Source: Meiothermus sp. (GTDB taxonomy: Bacteria; Deinococcota; Deinococci; Deinococcales; Thermaceae). From it: a DNA stretch of 38,841 nt. Position numbers and translations under genes: made by a program. Under the pieces are notes generated by a model, which worked only from the letters and a program-made list of their open reading frames with translations, made no database searches and had not been told where the DNA came from. Below, one piece after another: positions 1 through 8,271 of the stretch. The stretch lies in assembly GCA_033762915.1 (NCBI GenBank), contig JANRLD010000058.1:1-38841 (forward strand), in the 5' to 3' direction. Position 1 is the first letter of the stretch; each line of letters begins with the position of its first letter.

Positions 1-52
1 GCGCTGTCCAACTGGGGTTGCCGCCTGTCGTTTCAGGTCTTAGTGCTAACAT
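1..52 (-). CDS. 5' end of a gene running off the left edge (MLALRPETTGGNPSWTA...)
   Basis: ATG at 52 on the minus strand, GGAGG (62-66, minus) 9 nt upstream, frame open to the window edge. Confidence 0.4.
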   Translation of the reverse strand, partial: MLALRPETTGGNPSWTA

Positions 53-188
53 ATCCCAGAGCCTCCGTTCGCTTTGAACTCGCATTTACAGCTTACGGTT
101 GGCTCTTTCCTTTGGCCTACACTACATACGCGCACCCCTCAAATATACCCAAGTCATCAAGACGTAGTGCCGCGTTTAGCGTGCCTTG

Positions 189-355
189 AGCGGTTCCCAC
201 GCATACTCACTACGGCGCTAAAGCGGGCGGTTTTTGCTGTAGAGCGGTTCCCACGAACACACGGTATGGCAAAAACCGCCGTACCGTGTGCACTACTCCA
301 CTTTAGCGCACGCTTTAGCGCGGCACTGTGGGCGGAGTAGTGGTGGGAAACGCGA
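189..355. repeat. Family B MITE/REP-like element, composite copy
   Basis: AGCGGTTCCCACG at 189 and 243, right end GGTGGGAAACGCGA, internal GCGGTTTTTGC/GCAAAAACCGC; shares ends with copies at 7611, 8162, 13837 and 17335. Confidence 0.75.
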
Positions 356-507
356 TTGGTGGGCGCTTACCGCTTCGAAATGTACCTCACCCCGGCCAAG
401 GCCAGGGCGCAGTTCCCCAAAGCGCCGGTTTGCGGTATGCCTGCCAAGATAACGTGGACGAGTGCCGCCCCAAAGATTTTGACGGGCTTGCACTCAACCC
501 AGTCTGG

Positions 508-2808
508 CTACGACCTCAGCTCAATCGTCGCCTCGAGCAACGCCGTGGCCTTGCCTGAGGCCCCTATGCCCAGCTCCAGCTCGGTCACCTCGGGGAGTTC
601 TTCGACCAGCCTCGAGACGCGCAGCAGCAGGTCTTGCAGGCTCTCGAGGTGGGCTTTTCCGCTCAAAGGGGCCAGCATCCCCTCGGCCTCGCGGTCGGTG
701 AGGGGGGTGATGCGGATGCCCAGCACCTGGTCACCCAGCGGCAGTTCGGTCAGCGAGAGCGAGAGGATCGAGCCGAAGAGGGGGTCGTTTTGCACCCGAA
801 GCTTGAGGGGGATTCTTTTGCCGTTGCCCCTGGAGAGCTCGAGGCCGAAATACTTCAGCAATTGCTCGGTCTGTAGTTCGTCCAGCCGCCCTCTGAGCGG
901 CGTGACAAAGTTGCGGGCGGCCTCCTCCTCGACCGCGTGGTCGGGGATCTCGCCCTGCGGGGCCTTGCGCCAGCGGGCGTAGCCGTAGGCGGCGGCCAGG
1001 GCGCGGCCCGCCGACTCGGGGAAGCGGTAGGAGGGCACCTGCTCCTCGGCGATGCGCACACGCACCCGATCCCGGGTCATGAAACAGGTCAGCACCGGGA
1101 TGTTGACCCCGGCCGCCCTGGCCCTCAGCAGGGCCTCCCGCAGGGCCTGGGTGACCTCGTGGGTGCCGGCGTAGCCCAGCGGAACGAACACCGCCATCGC
1201 CGCGTCGTAGTCGCCATTCAGGATTTTCCCGGCGGCCTCGGCATAGTCCTGGGCCGAGGCCCTCGAGCCCAGGTCCACCACCTTTGCACTCACGCCCTCG
1301 GTCTTGAGCACCTCCAGGGCCAGATGCGCGGGGCCGGAGGCGTTGGTGAGCAGGGCCACCCGCTCGCCCTCGGGCAGGGGCTGGTGGGCCAGCAGGGCGG
1401 CGATGTCGAACATCTCCTCGAGGTCGTCGGCCCGCACCACCCCGGTCTGCTTGAACAGCGCTTCCACCACCGGGTCGCGTCCGGGCCGCACCACCAGGAT
1501 CGGCTTCTTGCGCCCCACCCGCCGGGCCAGACGGGCAAAGCGGCGCGGGTTGCCGAAGGACTCGAGGTACAACAGGATCAGCCCGGTGCCCGCGTCCTCT
1601 TCCCAGTACTGGATGAGGTCGTTCGACGAGATGTCGATCTTGGCCCCCAGCGAGACGAAACTGCTGAAGCCCAGGCCCATCTCCCGGGCATACTCGAGCA
1701 CCGCCAACCCCACCGCCCCGCTCTGGCTGGACATGGCGACGTGGCCGCGCAGGGGGATGCGGGGCGAGAGGCCCGCGCACAGCTGCACCTCGGGGTCGTT
1801 GACGATGAAGGCCAGCGAGCCCGGCCCCAGCAGCCGCATCCCGTAGTCGCGGCAGGTCTGGGCCAGTTCCCGCATCTGAGCCGGCTCCATGTCGGTGGTG
1901 AGCACCATCACCGCCCGCACCCCGCGCTGCCCGCAGGCCTCGGCGGCCTCCACCACCACGTTCTTGGGCGTGGTGATGATGGCCAGGTCTACCGGGCCGG
2001 GCACCGCCTTAACCGAGGTGTAGGCCAGCATCGAGCCCACCACCGGCACCTCCCCAGCGGCCGGCTGGGCGGCGGGGTTGACCGGGTAGACCGGCCCCTG
2101 AAAGCGGTTGAGGACGAGGTTCTCGAGCACCTGGTAGCCCACGCTCTGGGGGTCGCGCGAGGCCCCCACCACCGCCACCCCCCTGGGGCGCAGCAGCGGC
2201 ATCAGCGAGGCCAGCGTCGAGACCCGCTCGCGCAGCTCGAACTTGGCGATCATCTCGGAGGTGGGCTCGATCTCGAAACCCACCTCGACCTCGCCGGACT
2301 CGTTGTGGGCCTCGATCTTGAAGCCGCTGGCGCGGAACACGTCCAGCATCTGCCGGTTCTCCGATAGGGTGAAGGCGTGGAACTTGCGGATGCCGCGCCT
2401 CACGCCGATCAGGGCCAGGCGCTCGAGCAGGAGCGAGCCCAGCCCCTTGCCCTGATACCAGTCGTCCACCAGAAAGGCCACCTCGGCCGAGGTGGAGCCC
2501 GCCCCCTCCTGCACGTACTCGCCGGTGGCAATAATCCGCTCGGGATCGCCGGAGAGCACCACCAGCGTCACCTTATCCTCGCCCTCGGGCATCTTGAGCA
2601 GCAAGTCAGCAGCCACCTCCGGCTTGACCTCGGAGAAGAAGCGGAAGGTGCGGGCCTGCGGCGAGAGCCGGCCCAGGAAGTCCACGAGCAGTTCGCGGTC
2701 CGAGGGCAGGGTGGGCCGCAGCATCGCGGTACGCCCGTCCTTGAGCAAAATGGGGCCGGACTCGAGGGCGTACTGGGGCGTAGGCGGCGGGACGTAGCGC
2801 TGCGACAT
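508..2808 (-). CDS. N-terminal GNAT acetyltransferase fused to an NDP-forming acyl-CoA synthetase-like domain (Pat-type protein lysine acetyltransferase)
   Basis: GNAT motif AEVAFLVDDWYQGKGLGSLLL; CoA-binding VAVVGASRDP and YPVNP; SQSGA; SLGAKIDIS; YLESFGNPRRF. Confidence 0.85.
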   Translation of the reverse strand: MSQRYVPPPTPQYALESGPILLKDGRTAMLRPTLPSDRELLVDFLGRLSPQARTFRFFSEVKPEVAADLLLKMPEGEDKVTLVVLSGDPERIIATGEYVQEGAGSTSAEVAFLVDDWYQGKGLGSLLLERLALIGVRRGIRKFHAFTLSENRQMLDVFRASGFKIEAHNESGEVEVGFEIEPTSEMIAKFELRERVSTLASLMPLLRPRGVAVVGASRDPQSVGYQVLENLVLNRFQGPVYPVNPAAQPAAGEVPVVGSMLAYTSVKAVPGPVDLAIITTPKNVVVEAAEACGQRGVRAVMVLTTDMEPAQMRELAQTCRDYGMRLLGPGSLAFIVNDPEVQLCAGLSPRIPLRGHVAMSSQSGAVGLAVLEYAREMGLGFSSFVSLGAKIDISSNDLIQYWEEDAGTGLILLYLESFGNPRRFARLARRVGRKKPILVVRPGRDPVVEALFKQTGVVRADDLEEMFDIAALLAHQPLPEGERVALLTNASGPAHLALEVLKTEGVSAKVVDLGSRASAQDYAEAAGKILNGDYDAAMAVFVPLGYAGTHEVTQALREALLRARAAGVNIPVLTCFMTRDRVRVRIAEEQVPSYRFPESAGRALAAAYGYARWRKAPQGEIPDHAVEEEAARNFVTPLRGRLDELQTEQLLKYFGLELSRGNGKRIPLKLRVQNDPLFGSILSLSLTELPLGDQVLGIRITPLTDREAEGMLAPLSGKAHLESLQDLLLRVSRLVEELPEVTELELGIGASGKATALLEATIELRS

Positions 2809-2959
2809 GGTAACAGGTTAATGGAATTGCCGGGGGCGTGTGTCACCAAACTTCAAACGGCGGGCGCAGGCGGGAAGCGAGAAGCCCAGGCAAACACCGG
2901 ACCCTCTGGTTTCCCTTTGCTCCTTCCGCTTTCCTCTTTCCTCGCCTTAAGCTATGGGC

Positions 2960-3430
2960 ATGGGTCTACGCGAGCGCATCATGGAGTTGGCGGTTCCTTT
3001 CTTCGTCGAGCGGCCTGGGCAGCGCAAGGGGTATTCGGGAGTGCGGGCCGACCTCGAGAGAACCGCCGGGACAGTGGCCGAGCGCATCGGCTGGGCGCAG
3101 CCAACCCCGGCCTCGGTCAAGACGGCCAAACACATCATTGGCCTCGAGCGCTGGGGGCAGCGGCGGCTCGAGGTGGCCCTGGGCAAGCCCCTGCATATCG
3201 ACGAGCACCACCCCTACAAACCGCAGGGCCAAGAGCTCTCCCCCGACGATCTGCGCAAAGAGTTCGAGGCCACCCGCAAGCGCACCCTCGAGCTGGTGGG
3301 GCAGCTCGAGCAGAAGAACTACGCCGAGAAAATCCCCCACAACGGCCTGGGGCCGCTGTCGGTGCTGGGCTGGCTGAACTACCTGAACACCCACGCGGAC
3401 TGGGAGTCGAGGCGGCTGAAGCACCGGTGA
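2960..3430 (+). CDS. DinB/YfiT-like superfamily protein
   Basis: KHIIGLE and IPHNGLGPLSVLGWLNYLNTHADWE His pattern; start placed at ATG 2960, 6 nt after TAAGCT (alternative 2954). Confidence 0.65.
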   Translation: MGLRERIMELAVPFFVERPGQRKGYSGVRADLERTAGTVAERIGWAQPTPASVKTAKHIIGLERWGQRRLEVALGKPLHIDEHHPYKPQGQELSPDDLRKEFEATRKRTLELVGQLEQKNYAEKIPHNGLGPLSVLGWLNYLNTHADWESRRLKHR

Positions 3431-3762
3431 AACTGCGCGTGAAGTTCTGGCTCGAGTCCGGCAGCGGGACTTACCTCCTGGGGCCGGGGGCCCTGCGGCT
3501 GCTGCTGGCGGTCGAGGCCGAGGGCAGCCTGAAGGCGGGCGCGAGGGCCATCGGGCTGAGCTACCGCGCCGCCTGGGACCGGCTGAAAAAAGCCGAGGAA
3601 GGGCTGGGCTTCGCGCTGTTGGAGCGGCAGTCCGGCGGCGAGGGCGGCGGGCGGAGTGCACTGACCCCGGAGGCGGCGGAGCTGGTGGGGCGGTATCGGG
3701 CGTTTCTGGAGGGGCTCGAGGAAGAACTGCAAGCCCGGTTCGAACAGGCCTTGAAGGGTTGA
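3427..3762 (+). CDS. Stand-alone ModE-type winged helix-turn-helix regulator
   Basis: GPGALRLLLAVEAEGSLKAGARAIGLSYRAAWDRLKKAEEGLGFALLERQSGGEGGGRSALT; GTG start overlaps upstream TGA (GTGA). Confidence 0.85.
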   Translation: MKLRVKFWLESGSGTYLLGPGALRLLLAVEAEGSLKAGARAIGLSYRAAWDRLKKAEEGLGFALLERQSGGEGGGRSALTPEAAELVGRYRAFLEGLEEELQARFEQALKG

Positions 3763-3825
3763 GGGGAAAAAATAGGGGTGAATGCTTGAGTCGACCCACC
3801 CCGCAAATCAACCAACCAACAAAAC

Positions 3826-3990
3826 TGTCATTCTGAGCGGAGCGAAGAATCTCCGCGCTCTGCGCCGACGAAGGGCGAACACACGCCAACGCAATGTTGC
3901 GAAAGACTGTCACCGCCGACAAGGAGTGGGCGACCTTGACGCAATGAGGGGATTCTTCGCTACGCAAAAAGCGCTTCGCTCAGAATGACA
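3826..3990. repeat. REP-like inverted-repeat element
   Basis: TGTCATTCTGAGCG...CGCTCAGAATGACA 14-bp terminal inverted repeat plus inner GCGAAGAATC...GATTCTTCGC pair. Confidence 0.8.
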
Positions 3991-4055
3991 ACGGTTGGGG
4001 TGAGGGGCTCGAGGGTAGGCCACATAGAGTAAGTGCAACCCAATAAAATGGGTTT

Positions 4056-4931
4056 GTGGAAAACGCAAAGAAGTGGATTCTGAACAACCAGATCTGGATA
4101 ATTGCTGGCCTAATATTTGCGGTGGTAGCCATAATTTACTGGAGGTTTCTTGTTTGGGCCGTTGCAGTTAACACAACTGATCAAGGCAACTCAGGAACTC
4201 TAGGCGACACGTTTGGCCTACTCAACGCTCTATTTTCTGGTCTTGCGTTTGCAGGGCTGATCGTCACAATACTTTTGCAAAGTAGAGAGCTGGGTTTACA
4301 GAGGCAAGAATTGGCGGAAACACGGGCAGAGTTACAAGGTCAAAAAGTTGAACTGGAAAAACAGAATCAACTCATTGCTGATCAGCGATGGGAAGACACC
4401 TTTTTTCGGCTGTTGGAACTACATCGAAAGCAATTTGACTCTGTAACCTTTGAAGTAAATAGCAATAGCTCGGTTAGCACACAGACTGGCAGAAAAGCCC
4501 AAGGAAAGGACGCCTTTACTATCGTTATAGACACCTGTCTGTTTTACATCATGCCCAATAACATTCAGGCTCCCCCTACTGGTGAAGTCATTGGAGCTTC
4601 AGATGGAACCTTAAAGAAGGCTGTCGTACTAACAATACTAGTTACTTCTAGCAACTTAGCACCCTATCTATCAACCTTACAGAACTTCATAAAGTTTACC
4701 AGGCAACATAGAGAGGCTCCCAACTATGTTTCAATCATTGCTGACCAACTAACTATGGAAGAAAAAATCGTTCTGCTGTTGTTCGGAGCGCACCAGGCAA
4801 TGTCTGAAAACATATGTTCAGAGCTAAAACTCTCAATGCTTACTCGAGCCTATTTGCGACGCGTACATCAAAAAGGCAACAAGTTCCTTGATGAAGTTAT
4901 GACGGAAGAGGAGTTCCGGTTGGTCTACTGA
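4056..4931 (+). CDS. Membrane-anchored putative phage abortive-infection protein (putAbiC-like), low GC
   Basis: Two TM helices, GDTFGLLNALFSGLAFAGLIVTILLQ, coiled coil, then QRWEDTFFRLL; clearly AT-richer than flanks. Confidence 0.65.
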   Translation: MENAKKWILNNQIWIIAGLIFAVVAIIYWRFLVWAVAVNTTDQGNSGTLGDTFGLLNALFSGLAFAGLIVTILLQSRELGLQRQELAETRAELQGQKVELEKQNQLIADQRWEDTFFRLLELHRKQFDSVTFEVNSNSSVSTQTGRKAQGKDAFTIVIDTCLFYIMPNNIQAPPTGEVIGASDGTLKKAVVLTILVTSSNLAPYLSTLQNFIKFTRQHREAPNYVSIIADQLTMEEKIVLLLFGAHQAMSENICSELKLSMLTRAYLRRVHQKGNKFLDEVMTEEEFRLVY

Positions 4932-4976
4932 TTTGGGTCTATACCTAAAGCCTTGGACTCTATAGCATATGGTTCT

Positions 4977-7610
4977 ATGACTCTTAAGGGCCAGGGTTCC
5001 GGGCCGCTTCCGCCGCTGTTGCAGCAGTATGTGGAGGTGCGGGATAGGTATCCTGAGTACCTGCTCTTGTTTCAGGTGGGCGACTTCTACGAGACCTTTG
5101 GGGAGGACGCCGAGCGGCTGGCCCGGGCGCTGGGGCTGATCCTCACGCACAAGACCTCCAAGGAGTTCATCACCCCGATGGCTGGGATTCCCATCCGGGC
5201 GGCCGACGCGCACCTGGAGCGCCTGCTGCGGCTGGGCTTCCGGGTGGCAGTGGCCGACCAGACCGAGCACCCCGACGAGGCCGAGGGGCTGGTTAAGCGC
5301 GAGGTGACGCAGCTCCTGACCCCCGGCACCATCACCCAGGAGAGCCTGCTGCGGCCCGAGGCCAACTACCTGGCCGCCCTGGCGACCGGCGACGGCTACG
5401 GGCTGGCGGTGCTGGACGTCTCGACCGGCGAGTTCAGGGGCGTGGTGCTCTACGGCAAGAACTCGGTCTACGACGAGCTGTTCCGCTACCGGCCGGCTGA
5501 GGTGCTGCTGGCCCCCGAGCTGACCGGGAACCCCGAGTTTCTGGGCGAGTTCCAGCGGCGCTTCCCGGTGATGCTGACCGAGGGCAGGTTTGAGTTGGAG
5601 GCCGCCCGCTCGACGCTGCACCGGCAGCTGGGCGACCGCGCCCCCCAGCACCCCGCCCTGGCGCGTGCAGCGGGAGCCATCCTGGGCTACGCCCTCGAGA
5701 CCCAACTTGGTCGAGCGCAGGCGGGCCAGAACGGGTTCCTCCCACAGGTCCGCGAGTTCGTGCGCTACGACCCCAGCGCCTTCATGCAGATGTCCGAGGC
5801 CACCCTGCGGGCGCTCGAGGTCTTCGAGCCCAGCTCGGTGGGCGAGCGCTCGGAGGGCCGGACCCTGATCGGGGTGCTGGGCCTGACCCGCAGCGCGCCG
5901 GGGCGCAGGCTGCTGCGGGCCTGGCTGCGCCACCCGCTGGTGGACGAAGCGCCCCTCAACGCCCGCCTCGACGCGGTGGAGTCGCTGGTGCGCGACGGGG
6001 TACTGCGCGGCGAGGTGCGCAAGGTGCTGTACCGCATGCACGACCTCGAGCGGCTCTCCACCCGGCTGCTGGCCGGCCGTGCGACCGCTCGAGAGCTGGC
6101 GGCCTTGCAGCGCAGCCTGGCCCTGCTGCCCGAGTTGGCGGGTCTGCTGCGGGGCTTCGCGCCGCTGGCCGCGCTCACCGAGCGGCTGCCAAGCCTGCTG
6201 GAGGTCGCCGAGCAGATTCAGACCGCCCTGGTGTCCGAGCCGCCGCTCAAAATCACCGAGGGCGGGCTGATCCGCGAGGGCTTCGACACCGATCTCGACG
6301 GCCTGCGGCGGCGGGCCGAGGAGGGTCGGGGCTGGATCGCCGGCCTCGAGGCTGAGGCACGGGAGCGGACGCAGATCCCCACGCTCAAGGTGGGGTACAA
6401 CGCGGTGTTTGGCTACTACCTCGAGGCCACCCGCCCCTATTACGACCAGGTGCCCAGAGACTGGCGCGGGGTGCAGACCCTCAAAGACCGGATGCGCTAC
6501 ACCACCCCTGAACTCAAGGAGCAGGAGCGCGTCATCTTGCAGGCCGAGAGCGAGGCCACCAAGCGCGAGTACGCAGTGTTTTTGGAGCTGCGCGGGGCCG
6601 TCGCCCTTCACGCCGAGGCCATCCGCCAGGCCGCTGGGGTGCTGGCCGAGCTGGACGTGTACGCCGCGCTGGCCGAGGCGGCGGCGGAGTACGGCTACTC
6701 GAGGCCGAGGTTCGGAAGTCAAAGGCCCCTCATCCCAACCCTTCTCCCAGAGGGAGAAGGGCTTTTGCCCGCTAAGACCCCCTCTCCCTCTGGGAGAGGG
6801 GCTGGGGGTGAGGGGGTTTTGATCCGCGCCGGCCGCCACCCGGTGGTGGAGCGCCACGCCGAGTTCATCCCCAACGACCTCGAGATGGACGTGCGGACGC
6901 GCCTTATGCTGCTCACCGGCCCCAACATGGCAGGGAAGTCCACCTACCTGCGTCAGATCGCCCTGGTCGCGCTGCTGGCCCAGATCGGCTCCTTCGTGCC
7001 CGCCGAGGAGGCCCGGCTGCCGCTTTTCGACCGCATCTACACCCGTATCGGGGCCTCGGACGACATCGCGGGCGGGCGCAGCACCTTTATGGTGGAGATG
7101 GACGAACTGGCCTCGATCTTGCAGAACGCCACCAGCCGCAGCCTGGTGCTCCTCGACGAGATCGGGCGCGGCACCTCCACCTACGACGGCCTCTCGCTGG
7201 CCTGGGCGGCCTGCGAGCACCTGCACAACGTCACCGGGGCCTTCACCCTCTTCGCCACCCACTACTTCGAGCTGACCGTGCTGCCGGGCCACCTGCCAGC
7301 CTGCCGCAACTTCCACGTGGCCGCCAGGGAGGAGGCCGCCGGTCTGGTCTTCTACCACCAGGTCTTGCCCGGCCCCGCCAACAAGAGCTACGGCCTCGAG
7401 GTGGCCAAGCTGGCCGGGATTCCCAAGGCAGTCTTGGGCCGGGCCCAAAACATCCTGGCAGGCCTCGAGGCGCAGGGCGACGCGGGCAGTCAGGTGGTCT
7501 TGGATGAGTTGCTGAATCTGGACACCACCCGGCTGACACCGCTCGATGCGCTTTTGAAGCTACAGGAGTTGCGCGAAAAGCTGCAGAAGACCGTGGTGGA
7601 TAACGTCTGA
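4977..7610 (+). CDS. mutS: DNA mismatch repair protein MutS with an in-frame palindromic insertion
   Basis: FQVGDFYE, TGPNMAGKSTYLRQ, STFMVEM, LDEIGRGTS, FATHYFELT, SYGLEVA; N-terminus like Thermus MutS. Confidence 0.97.
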   Translation: MTLKGQGSGPLPPLLQQYVEVRDRYPEYLLLFQVGDFYETFGEDAERLARALGLILTHKTSKEFITPMAGIPIRAADAHLERLLRLGFRVAVADQTEHPDEAEGLVKREVTQLLTPGTITQESLLRPEANYLAALATGDGYGLAVLDVSTGEFRGVVLYGKNSVYDELFRYRPAEVLLAPELTGNPEFLGEFQRRFPVMLTEGRFELEAARSTLHRQLGDRAPQHPALARAAGAILGYALETQLGRAQAGQNGFLPQVREFVRYDPSAFMQMSEATLRALEVFEPSSVGERSEGRTLIGVLGLTRSAPGRRLLRAWLRHPLVDEAPLNARLDAVESLVRDGVLRGEVRKVLYRMHDLERLSTRLLAGRATARELAALQRSLALLPELAGLLRGFAPLAALTERLPSLLEVAEQIQTALVSEPPLKITEGGLIREGFDTDLDGLRRRAEEGRGWIAGLEAEARERTQIPTLKVGYNAVFGYYLEATRPYYDQVPRDWRGVQTLKDRMRYTTPELKEQERVILQAESEATKREYAVFLELRGAVALHAEAIRQAAGVLAELDVYAALAEAAAEYGYSRPRFGSQRPLIPTLLPEGEGLLPAKTPSPSGRGAGGEGVLIRAGRHPVVERHAEFIPNDLEMDVRTRLMLLTGPNMAGKSTYLRQIALVALLAQIGSFVPAEEARLPLFDRIYTRIGASDDIAGGRSTFMVEMDELASILQNATSRSLVLLDEIGRGTSTYDGLSLAWAACEHLHNVTGAFTLFATHYFELTVLPGHLPACRNFHVAAREEAAGLVFYHQVLPGPANKSYGLEVAKLAGIPKAVLGRAQNILAGLEAQGDAGSQVVLDELLNLDTTRLTPLDALLKLQELREKLQKTVVDNV
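6726..6816. repeat. Double-hairpin REP-like element inside mutS
   Basis: CCCTTCTCCC-AGA-GGGAGAAGGG and CCCCTCTCCC-TCT-GGGAGAGGGG, closed by CCCCTCATCCC...GGGGTGAGGGG. Confidence 0.85.
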
Positions 7611-7695
7611 TCGCGTTTCCCACCCTTACCTCCCTCGCGGTGGCAAGTACTGCCTACAGCAAAAACCGCTGTAGGCAATATGCGTGGGAAGCGCT
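7611..7695. repeat. Family B element
   Basis: GCGTTTCCCAC...GTGGGAAGCGC ends; inner hairpin GCCTACAGC-AAAAACC-GCTGTAGGC; close match to 17335-17422. Confidence 0.8.
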
Positions 7696-7707
7696 CTGAG
7701 ACTGGCG

Positions 7708-7735
7708 AGGCCGCCTCACCCTCAGGGGCGGCTTT
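7708..7735 (+). terminator. Possible terminator hairpin downstream of mutS
   Basis: AGGCCGCCTC...GGGGCGGCTTT stem with only a short T tail. Confidence 0.3.
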
Positions 7736-7905
7736 GCTGGGGCTCAAGGCGCCCCTGGAGAATCCTCTCGTTCTGCGGGCTCGAGATAGTGTTACGCTCA
7801 CAATCCTCGACCGGTGATTTATGACCCGAAAACCCAGTGCATATGACCCGGGCGTTATCCGGAATCCCCCTAGCCTAGAGTTACCTGGCAGGGGCGTGAA
7901 GCGGG

Positions 7906-8139
7906 GTGGACGAGTCCCGGACGCTCAACTGGGTGATGGCCTATGTACTGCGCTGGACGGTGGGCGCGGCCCTTTTCGGCGCGGCCCTCGAGCTGATCCT
8001 GAGCCGGACTTCCCACGCCGCCTTCCGCCCCGAAGTCCCGGTCTGCCTCGCCTTCGGCATCTTTGCCCTGGCCCTTTCGGGCGGCGTAGTGGCGCTGTAC
8101 CTCTCCTGGCTGATCGACCGCCACCGCAGCGGGCAGTGA
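7906..8139 (+). CDS. Small membrane protein with two TM segments (77 aa)
   Basis: Two hydrophobic segments; GC-rich third codon positions. Confidence 0.55.
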   Translation: MDESRTLNWVMAYVLRWTVGAALFGAALELILSRTSHAAFRPEVPVCLAFGIFALALSGGVVALYLSWLIDRHRSGQ

Positions 8140-8161
8140 GCAGGATGCCGTGGGGGCTGTC

Positions 8162-8223
8162 GCGGTTCCCACGAATACCACGCACATCCGAGTCTCTGCG
8201 TGCGGGGTATTCGTGGGAACCGC
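8162..8223. repeat. Family B element, palindromic variant
   Basis: GCGGTTCCCACGAATACC...GGTATTCGTGGGAACCGC 18-bp perfect inverted repeat; interior GCACATCCGAGTCTCTGCGTGC shared with the 13837 copy. Confidence 0.85.
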
Positions 8224-8271
8224 TGTGAGGCTCCGCCAGCCTCATGCGCAATGGGCTAAGATAATGCTCCT

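Noticed and set aside
189..355. CRISPR array (CGGTTCCCACG resembles type I-E repeat ends)
   Set aside because: Only two partial direct copies, the interior is itself palindromic, copies are dispersed, and there are no cas genes.
2377..3426. 461-aa ORF 2377-3762 as one long gene
   Set aside because: Only the last 111 codons are ModE-like; the rest overlaps two better-supported genes.
6712..6822. Intein or intron in mutS
   Set aside because: Far too short, no Cys/Ser...His-Asn splice motifs, and fully explained by a DNA palindrome.
4833..7448. 871-aa ORF antisense to mutS, and other long shadow ORFs (937-2367, 26999-28513, 29592-31769)
   Set aside because: These are typical stop-poor antisense frames of GC-rich genes, with no recognisable motifs.
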